A DNA stretch of 64,000 bases from Tubiluchus corallicola (taxonomy: Eukaryota; Animalia; Priapulida), in the NCBI GenBank assembly GCA_030141605.1, contig JAQGDQ010000982.1, positions 9,316 to 73,315 of the forward strand, read 5' to 3'. The stretch's first letter is position 1; every line of letters starts with the position of its first letter. The notes under the pieces were generated by a model. That model searched no databases. It had not been told where the DNA came from and was given only the letters and a program-made list of their open reading frames with translations. Made by a program: the position numbers and the translations under genes. Shown here piece by piece: positions 44,701 through 53,462 of the stretch.

Positions 44701-47700
44701 CATTTAGGTAAAGATCACAACTTGTTTCCTAGTCTAAAATGAAGTACAGTGCAATGTTAATAATAATGTTTCCTGTGTGTCAAATCACAGAGGCAGCACA
44801 AACGTCTTTTTCTTTTCTTATCACATCTTTGAGTGAATGTGTTCTGCCCTGTGCCTCACCTCTTTCTTTCTCTAGTTATGGCACTTTGTGATTCAAAATT
44901 TAGAAAACATAAGCTAATATGCTTTGCCAAGTTCACACAACATGTGCTTCTATAAAGGTAGAGAGAAGGCATAGAAAAAAAATGTTGCGTGTTAAAAATG
45001 GTTGCAATGAAGAAACACAAAAGGAATCTATTACCACATATTTCAAGAATTGAGGGCATACACGACCAAATAATTTTTTTAAATTACAAGCAAATGACAC
45101 CAACAATGTTTAGCGACCTGCTAGATAAAATGAAAATTTCACCTGTCATACAAAAGTGTAATAACTACGTCAGAGCTTGAGTGTAAATTTCGTGCATAAA
45201 ATATAATAATCTTTGATATCCCACCTTTTTGGTTTGTCAATTATTATAAGGACCAGAAGAAACTTTCTATAAGCTCTCTATGAATTTCTACCTTCTGGTA
45301 CCTGTGTATCTATAAATCTTATTATGAATTCCCTATTCCTTTCTTGGCGCTCCATCTTCATTTCACCATGCAGCCACAAACATCAGTTTCCGCACCAATG
45401 TTAATTAGTTGTTATTAGATGTTGTAAACATGGTGTCTTTCTTGATTGTGTCATTGCATAGGTGTACCACCTTTGTCATTTTAAAGCAAATATAGAAAAG
45501 CTGTTACTACATGTATCTACAAATGAAATAGACATTAAGTCCATACTTTTGTAGAGAATGAGCACAGAATACGTACAGAATGAGTTATTACATTTAATTA
45601 ACTGTTATACATGTTTTTATGAGTTGTTGTTAATTTTGCTAAACAATTGTTAAGTTAATTTTTAATAAAATATTTTTCACTTCACTTACAACTTAATATG
45701 AATCAGTCATATCAAACTAAATTAAAATATAGTAGTAGTTGTTTGTCCCAATATTTTATTGTTAAATTGTTTGAGTTGTCGATTTTCTGTTTCAGATTAT
45801 AGAAGTTGCTGATGAGGGAAGAAACTTGTTGTTTTCTAGCGTCAAGTCAGTTGCCTATTTCTTCTGTTTGGTAAATGGCAGTTGTTACCAGGTGCTACAT
45901 GCATAAACCTCACATAGGCTTGCTATTACTTGAGAAGAACAGTATTTGTTCCAAACATTTAAGTAGAAATCACAACTTGTTTCCTAGTCTAAAATGAAGT
46001 ACAGTGCAATGTTAATAATAATGTTTCCTGTGTGTCAAATCACAGAAGCAGCACAAACGTCTTTTTCTTTACTTATCATATCTTTGAGTGAATGTGTTCT
46101 GCCCTGTGCCTCACCTCTTTCTTTACCAAAGGAAGTATTCAAAAATTAGGTAAATGATTTCTCTAGTTATGGCGCTTCGTGATTCAAAATTTAGAAAACA
46201 TAAGCTAATATGCTTTGCCACGTTCAAACAACATGTGCTTCTGTAAAGGTAGAGCGAAGGCATAGAAAAAAATGTTGCGTGTTAGAAATTGTTGCAACGA
46301 AGAAACACAAAAGGAAGCTATTACCAAATATTTCAAGAATTAAGAGCAGACACGACCAAATGATTTTTTAAATTACAAGCAAATGACACCAACAATGTTT
46401 AGCGACCTGCTAGATAAAATGAAAATTTCACCTGTCATACAAAAGTGTAATAACTACGTCAGAGCTTGAGTGTAAATTTCGTGCATAAAATATAATAATT
46501 TTTCATATCTCACCTCTTTGGTTTGTCAATTATTATAAGGACCAGAAGAAACATTCGATCAGATTTCCTTGAATTTCTACCTTCTGGTACCTGTGTATCT
46601 ATAAATCTTATTATGAATTCCCTATTCCTTTCTTGGCGCTCCATCTTCATTTCACCATGCAGCCACAAACATCAGTTTCCGCACCAATGTTAATTAGTTG
46701 TTATTAGATATTGTAAACATGGTGTCTTTCTTAATTGTGTCATTGCATAGGTACCACCTTTGTCATTTTAAAGCAAATATAGAAAAGCTGTTACGACATG
46801 TATCTACAAATGAAATAGACATTAAGTCCATACTTTTGTAGAGAATGAGCACAGAATACGTACAGAATGAGTTATTACATTTAATTAACTGTTATACATG
46901 TTTTTATGAGTTGTTGTTAATTTTGCTAAACAATTGTTAAGTTAATTTTTAATAAAATATTTTGCACTTCACTTACAACTTAATATGAATCAGTCATATC
47001 AAACTAAATTAAAATATAGTAGTAGTTGTTTGTCCCATTATTTTATTGTTAAGATGTTTGAGTTGCCGTTTTTCTGTTTCAGATTATAGAAGTTGCTGAT
47101 GAGGGAAATAACATGCTGTTTTCTAGCGTCAAGTCAGTTGCCTATTTCTTCTGTTTGGTCAATGGCAGTTGTTACCAGGTGCTAAATGCATAAACCTCAC
47201 ATAGGCTTACTATTGCTTGAGAAGAACAGTATTTGTTCCAAACATTTAAGTAGAAATCACAACTTGTTTCCTAGTCTAAAATGAAGTACAGTACAATGTT
47301 AATAATAATGTTTCCTGTGTGTCAAATCACAGAGGCAGTGCAAACGTCTTTTTCTTTACTTATCACATCTTTGAGTGAATGTGTTCTGCCCTGTGCCTCA
47401 CCTCTTTCTTTACCAAAGGAAGTATTCAAAAATTAGGTAAATGATTTCTCTAGTTATGGCGCTTCGTGATTCAAAATTTATAAAACATAAGCTAATATGC
47501 TTTGCCACGTTCACACAACATGTGCTTCTGTAAAGGTAGAGCGAAGGCATAGAAAAAAATGTTGCGTGTTAAAAATGGTTGCAACAAAGAAACACAAAAG
47601 GAAGCTATTACCAAATATTTCAAGAATTAAGAGCAGACACGACCAAATGATTTTTTAAATTACAAGCAAATGACACCAACAATGTTTAGCGACCTGCTAG

Positions 47701-49724
47701 ATAAAATGAAAATTTCACCTGTCATACAAAAGCGTAATAACTACGTCAGAGCTTGAGTGTAAATTTCGTGCATAAAATATAATAATTTTTGATATCTCAC
47801 CTCTTTGGTTTGTCAATTATTATAAGGACCAGAAGAAACATTCGATCAGATTTCCTTGAATTTCTACCTTCTGGTACCTGTGTATCTATAAATCTTATTA
47901 TGAATTCCCTATTCCTTTCTTGGCGCTCCGTCTTCATTTCACCATGCAGCCACAAACATCAGTTTCTGCACCAATGTTAATTAGTTGTTATTAGATGTTG
48001 TAAACATGGTGTCTTTCTTAATTGTGTCATTGCATAGGTACCACCTTTGTCATTTTAAAGCAAATATAGAAAAGCTGTTACTACATGTATCTACAAATGA
48101 AATAGACATTAAGTCCATACTTTTGTAGAGAATGAGTACAGAATACGTACAGAATGAGTTATTACATTTAATTAACTGTTATACATGTTTTTATGAGTTG
48201 TTGTTAATTTTGCTAAACAATTGTTAAGTAAATTTTTAATAAAATATTTTGCAGTTGACTTACAACTTAATATGAATCAGTCATATCAAACCAAATTAAA
48301 ATATAGTAGTAGTTGTTTGTCACATAATTTTATTGTTAAGATGTTTGAGTTGCCGTTTTTCTGTTTCAGATTATAGAAGTTGCTGATGAGGGAAGAAACT
48401 TGCTGTTTTCTAGCGTCAAGTCAGTTGCCTATTTCTTCTGTTTGGTCAATGGCAGTTGTTACCAGGTGCTACATGCATAAAGCTTACATAGGCTTACTAT
48501 TACTTGAGAAGAACAGTATTTGTTCCAAACATTTAAGTAGAAATCACAACTTGTTTCCTAGTCTAAAATGAAGTACAGTACAATGTTAATAATAATGTTT
48601 CCTGTGTGTCAAATCACAGAGGCAGTGCAAACGTCTTTTCCTTTACTTATCACTTCTTTGAGTGAATGTGTTCTGCCCTGGGCCTCACCTCTTTCTTTAC
48701 CAAAGGAAGTATTCAAAAATTAATTAAATGATTTCTCTAGTTATGGCGCTTCGTGATTCAAAATTTAGAAAGCATAAGCTAATATGCTTTGTCACGTTCG
48801 CACAACATGTGCTTCTGTAAAGGTAGAGCGAAGGCATAGAAAAAAATGTTGCGTGTTAAAAATGGTTGCAACGAAGAAACACAAAAGGAAGCTATTACCA
48901 AATATTTCAAGAATTAAGAGCAGACATGACCAAATGATTTTTTAAATTACAAGCAAATGACACCAACAATGTTTCGCGACCTGCTAGATAAAATGAAAAT
49001 TTCACCTGTCATACAAAAGAGTAATACCAACGTCAGTGCTCCAGGGTAAATTTCGTGCATATAATATAATAATTTTTGATATCCCACCTCTTTGGTTTGT
49101 CAATTATTATAAGGACCAGAAGAAACTCTCTATAAGCTTTCTTTGAATTTCTACCTTCTGGTACCTGTGTATCTATAAACCTTATTATGAATTCCCTATT
49201 CCTTTCTTGGCGCTCCGTCTTCATTTCACCATGCAGCCACAAACATCAGTTTCCGCACCAATGTTAATTAGTTGTTATTAGATGTTGTAAACATGGTGCC
49301 TTTCTTAATTGTGTCATTGCATAGGTACCACCTTTGTCATTTTAAAGCAAATATAGAAAAGCTGTTACTACATGTATCTACAAATGAAATAGACAGTAAG
49401 TCCATACTTTTGTAGAGAATGAGCACAGAATACGTACAGAATGAGTTATTACATTTAATTAACTGTTATACATGTTTTTATGAGTTGTTGTTAATTTTGC
49501 TAAACAATTGTTAAGTAAATTTTTAATAAAATATTTTGCAGTTCACTTACAACTTAATATGAATCAGTCATATCAAACTAAATTAAAATATAGTAGTAGT
49601 TGTTTGTCCCAATATTTTATTGTTAAATTGTTTGAGTTGTCGTTTTTCTGTTTCAGATTATAGAAGTTGCTGATGAGGGAAGAAACTTGCTGTTTTCTAG
49701 CGTCAAGTCAGTTGCCTATTTCTT

Positions 49725-50144
49725 TTAAGCACATACACGTTTCCCTACCTATTAAATGTAGTCTTGCCCTTTTAACTGTCATCAGTCATGTGACCAGGTA
49801 GTTGGCCATGTAGACATTACCTGACATGCAATTCAATTGATATGATGTGAATGTTGTTGTTGATTTCTTATTGTTTTTTCTTGCAAGTTATAAGTGCCAA
49901 AACTCAGGGAGACCACATGTAAGTGTCTAATTATGTTTATTGAACTACTTTATGCTATTAGAACAATTTAGCTGTCATTTTTTTGTACAATTATAGACGA
50001 TAATCACGTTAGCTAATTTCGTAATGTACCTTTATCAAACTTATCTTTTTCATTGAAAACTTATTGCTGTAATTTATTATTACAGATGAAACGACAATTG
50101 CTGCATGTTAAACATTTGATGTTCTGGAGTTTAAATGTAGTACA
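49725..50144 (+). mobile_element. 5' LTR (lacks the initial TG)
   Basis: TTAAGCACATACACG...GTAGTACA. Differs from the 3' LTR at three positions I could find (49760, 49809, 50088). Confidence 0.95.
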
Positions 50145-50399
50145 GTTTTATATGCCTCGCCGGGAGTTTCATGTTGCCATTAAGCAGTGACCTTGGTTCA
50201 GGCGCAGGAAGTTTGACATGCTTACCTGATAGCTTTGCTCATTATGGGTTTCTACAGCGTAGCTGGTTTCTACAGGTAAAGCTGCATGAACTCTGTGAAC
50301 TTGGACACGTCAGCTAATGGGCAATAGATGGCACTTCGGTATTGAAAGGTGATCCTAAAATTTTTGCAAAAATTGACACTAAGAGCAATTTAATTTCAA

Positions 50400-51674
50400 T
50401 TGAAAATATCATCAGCGTTATTCACTAAAAGCGAACTGGAAAATAAAGTAGTTGAAGAGCTGAGGCAAATTCTTTGTAGCATGTCTTTGGCGGTTTCTGG
50501 CAACAAGGCAAATTTAGTACAACGAATTTTGAAGCAACAGGAAACCGGTCCTTGTATACCAGGCTCTCCAGATGAATCAGCCGATTTATCGCCACCCTCA
50601 ATAGTAACTGACCAATCCATGCAAGAGAAACGTAGGAGCGAAAAGTCCACCAAATCCTCGAGTGTGACGTCATCGAAGAAGAGTGCCAAGCTAAGAAACC
50701 AAGAGCTTATGATTAAAGAACAAGAACTCAAACTCCAAGCGATGAGAATACGACATGAACGCATGCAGAATGAGTGTAGTTCTGAAGATGAACGTGATGA
50801 AGACAGCTTTGGTTCTGCAACTGATGTTGAGACCAGGTTAGTGGACCATGGAACATCAGACTCAAAGGTCAAAGCATGGCTAAGGTCAAGGTCAACATAC
50901 ACCGATCCGACAGTTAAACATACACAAACTACATGCGAAAGCAATGAGAATTATTTGTCTGAAGCCTTTGTTACTCTAGCAACTACTGATAAGTATGCTT
51001 TGGGAGCACTTGTTCTTGCTTCTAGTTTGCGTCGCACAGGTACAATGAGATGCTTAGTCATCATGGTAACAGAGGGTATTTCTTGTGATATTATGACACT
51101 TTTGAGAAATGCATTTGATTTGGTTGAACATGTCAGTATTATTGATAGTCATGAGTTTAAAAGGTTACAATTGTTAGGAAGACCAGAACTTAATGTGAGT
51201 TTTACTAAGCTACATTGTTGGAGGTTGACACAATTTAGCAAATGTGTTTTTGTAGATTCTGATACAATTGTATTAGATAATGTTGATGACATGTTTAGAT
51301 TTAAAGAGCTTTCAGCTGCCCCTGATGTAGGCTGGCCAGATTGCTTTAACTCTGGGGTGTTTGTTTACAAACCATGTATTGATATGTATAATAAGTTAAT
51401 GTTGTATGCTAAGTCAGAATCCTGTACTTTTGATGGTGGGGACCAAGGATTATTGAATCAGTTTTTTAAAGACTGGTCAACTAGTTATGAAAAACATTTG
51501 CCATTCACTTATAATGCTGTCATTCAGGGTCGGTACGGATATTTACCAGCTTTAATGCAATTTGGGAAAAATGTAAAAATTGCTCATTTTTTAGGTCAAC
51601 ATAAGCCATGGCACTATATTGAACACGATTCGCACACAGCTCACGTGGCGCCACCTGTTGGCAAAAAAGGTTAA
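50400..51674 (+). CDS. Gag N-terminal segment: SAP domain + charged coiled-coil/linker + glycogenin (GT8) catalytic domain
   Basis: SAP-like VVEELRQILCSMSLAVSGNKANLVQRIL (50436-50537). Glycogenin motifs AFVTL, RPEL..TKLHCW.LTQFSKCVF.DSD, ELSAAPD.GWPDCFNSGVFVY, FDGGDQG.LN.FF..W, KHLPF.YN, Y.YLPA, HFLG..KPW. Start codon uncertain. Confidence 0.88.
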   Translation: MKISSALFTKSELENKVVEELRQILCSMSLAVSGNKANLVQRILKQQETGPCIPGSPDESADLSPPSIVTDQSMQEKRRSEKSTKSSSVTSSKKSAKLRNQELMIKEQELKLQAMRIRHERMQNECSSEDERDEDSFGSATDVETRLVDHGTSDSKVKAWLRSRSTYTDPTVKHTQTTCESNENYLSEAFVTLATTDKYALGALVLASSLRRTGTMRCLVIMVTEGISCDIMTLLRNAFDLVEHVSIIDSHEFKRLQLLGRPELNVSFTKLHCWRLTQFSKCVFVDSDTIVLDNVDDMFRFKELSAAPDVGWPDCFNSGVFVYKPCIDMYNKLMLYAKSESCTFDGGDQGLLNQFFKDWSTSYEKHLPFTYNAVIQGRYGYLPALMQFGKNVKIAHFLGQHKPWHYIEHDSHTAHVAPPVGKKG

Positions 51675-51734
51675 GAATTTGACATATTGAACAAGTGGAT
51701 ACAGATCTTTGATACTGACGTTAGGCCACTGCTG
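50958..51734 (+). other. GYG: Glycogenin-like glycosyltransferase family 8 domain, intronless, inside Gag
   Basis: Collinear with remembered animal glycogenin-1 residues ~3-260. DxD at 51255-51263, acceptor-Tyr equivalent at 51534. The final helix EFDILNKWIQIFDTDVRPLL (cf. EFLILWWNIFTTNVLPLL) lies just past the TAA. Confidence 0.95.
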
Positions 51735-52265
51735 GAAGACAAAAATATTCGTTTACCTTTGCAGCATCCAAGTTCTGGAAATCAGTGTCTGAATGCATCA
51801 GCATCTGCTTTTATTCCACTAGCGCATGGCAGTAATATACTGCGCGAGAATAGTTATGCTTTTAATTATACTCAACCTACCATTTGTACTGATAACTTAA
51901 GCGACATGCCTAATCAATGCCATCCACAGAGCAATGACATGGCTATGATTATGAACATCATGCTTGAAGCACAACGTCAACATACCAACATGTACAAAGC
52001 AATGCAACTTCCAATAGCGGAGTTGGACAAATTTGATGGTAACGTTCTAAACTTTTGGCAATTCATGCGACGTTTTGAAGCCAACGTCGAGAGCTACACA
52101 CAAGATGAGGCTGCGAGGTTTCAGAGATTAATGCAATTTTGCACAGGCAAAGCCAAAAAAGTTGTGGAAAGTTGTAGCTACATGGACCCCAGTCGAGCAT
52201 ACAAGCATGCAAAGCAGTTACTCATCGACAGATTCGGCTCTTCGTTTATGGTTACTCAGGCTTGA
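51687..52265 (+). CDS. gag: Polyprotein segment: glycogenin last helix, PAM2-like motif, BEL Gag core (DUF1759-like)
   Basis: LPIAELDKFDGNVLNFWQFMRRFE...RLMQFCTGKAKKVVESC...AKQLLIDRFG is typical BEL/Pao Gag. Confidence 0.85.
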   Translation: MNKWIQIFDTDVRPLLEDKNIRLPLQHPSSGNQCLNASASAFIPLAHGSNILRENSYAFNYTQPTICTDNLSDMPNQCHPQSNDMAMIMNIMLEAQRQHTNMYKAMQLPIAELDKFDGNVLNFWQFMRRFEANVESYTQDEAARFQRLMQFCTGKAKKVVESCSYMDPSRAYKHAKQLLIDRFGSSFMVTQA

Positions 52266-53414
52266 ATGTCAAAAATAATCGAGTTTGACCAAATCAAGGC
52301 CAATGACAACGAGAAGCTGCGTGAATTTGCTGACTTGCTTTTAAGCTGTGTCGAGACGTTGAAAGCAATGAATAATCTCAGCGAAATTAATACACAGACA
52401 AATCTCGTTCAGATTGTTAAAAAACTGCCATACAAATTTCATGTTAAATGGAAAGATGTGGTGTCCAGGATAGCAAAACATGAAATCAGAAACCCATGTA
52501 TTTATGATTTGCTAACATTCATTCAGGAAAATGCTGAAAAAATGAACCACCCTGTATATGGTAGCCTCGGAGATTGGGAAAAACCTAAACGAAGCATCTT
52601 TGCCAAAAATTACGCCACCTCTGCTAAAGCACCTCAAGTTCAAGCAAACAATGGCAAGGCGAAAACAAATCAAGAAAAGCCGCAAACCAAAAGCACCCAA
52701 TTTTGCAAGAAAGTTTGCATATTTTGCAACTCAAATGAGCATTCTTCTCTTGGACAGTGTGAAGCTTTTGCAGCTATGGACCCCCCAGCTAAGTTGATGT
52801 TCGTGCGTAAGGAACGCCTCTGCTTTAATTGTTTGGCGAAAGGAAAACATAGAGCAGCTAGATGTTTCAAACCGTCTTGTAGTGTTAATGAATGCAACAA
52901 GAAGCATTCAGCTTTATTGGACGATGCAGTGGGGAGGCTGAGCAGTTCTTCTTCAGATGTTAATAGGCTTGCCAGGGATGAGCAGCAAAGAAAAGACGAG
53001 ACTGAAGCTACAAGCTGTGCAAATAAGGGCAGTTCTAAAGGAAAGAAGATAGCATTGCCTATGGTCAAAGTTCAAGTACATGTACATGGAAGAAAGCCAG
53101 TTGAAGCCATGGCTCTGTTAGACCCTGGATCTACAAACACGTTTTGTTCCAGGAAGCTGTTTGACAGTATAGGTGCTGAAGGAAAAGAGGATGTTCTTAT
53201 ACTAACCACAATCGAGAAACGCCAAAGTAAAGCAGACACTTTAGTTACAAGTTTCGTTGTTACGGACAGCATTGGTGAAAACAGAATCTTGTTGCCTCAT
53301 GTTTTTGTTCGACAGTCACTGATGCTAGATACAGAATGCTTGGCATCAGTCGCAGATGTTCAAAAATGGCCGCACTTGAAAGAGATAGCGTCATCTTTAG
53401 TTGAGTATCACTGA
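52266..53414 (+). CDS. gag: Polyprotein segment: Gag C-terminus with zinc knuckles and aspartic protease
   Basis: CIFCNSNEHSSLGQC, CFNCLAKGKHRAARC and CSVNECNKKHSALL; protease ALLDPGSTNTF (Asp at 53121). Confidence 0.9.
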   Translation: MSKIIEFDQIKANDNEKLREFADLLLSCVETLKAMNNLSEINTQTNLVQIVKKLPYKFHVKWKDVVSRIAKHEIRNPCIYDLLTFIQENAEKMNHPVYGSLGDWEKPKRSIFAKNYATSAKAPQVQANNGKAKTNQEKPQTKSTQFCKKVCIFCNSNEHSSLGQCEAFAAMDPPAKLMFVRKERLCFNCLAKGKHRAARCFKPSCSVNECNKKHSALLDDAVGRLSSSSSDVNRLARDEQQRKDETEATSCANKGSSKGKKIALPMVKVQVHVHGRKPVEAMALLDPGSTNTFCSRKLFDSIGAEGKEDVLILTTIEKRQSKADTLVTSFVVTDSIGENRILLPHVFVRQSLMLDTECLASVADVQKWPHLKEIASSLVEYH

Positions 53415-53462
53415 CACGATGAAGACCTAAGCTTACTAATCGGTCTTGACGTACCTGATGCC

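Noticed and set aside
25251-49242. Recurrent 60-86 aa ORFs in the satellite units read as a tandem gene cluster
   Set aside because: Mostly non-ATG starts, frames broken in many units, and no recognisable protein other than the frameshifted Harbinger remnant.
50958-51734. Glycogenin as an independent host gene or a later processed-pseudogene insertion
   Set aside because: It has no own ATG, introns, UTRs, poly(A) or TSD, it is in frame with Gag on both sides, and it lies between the LTRs.
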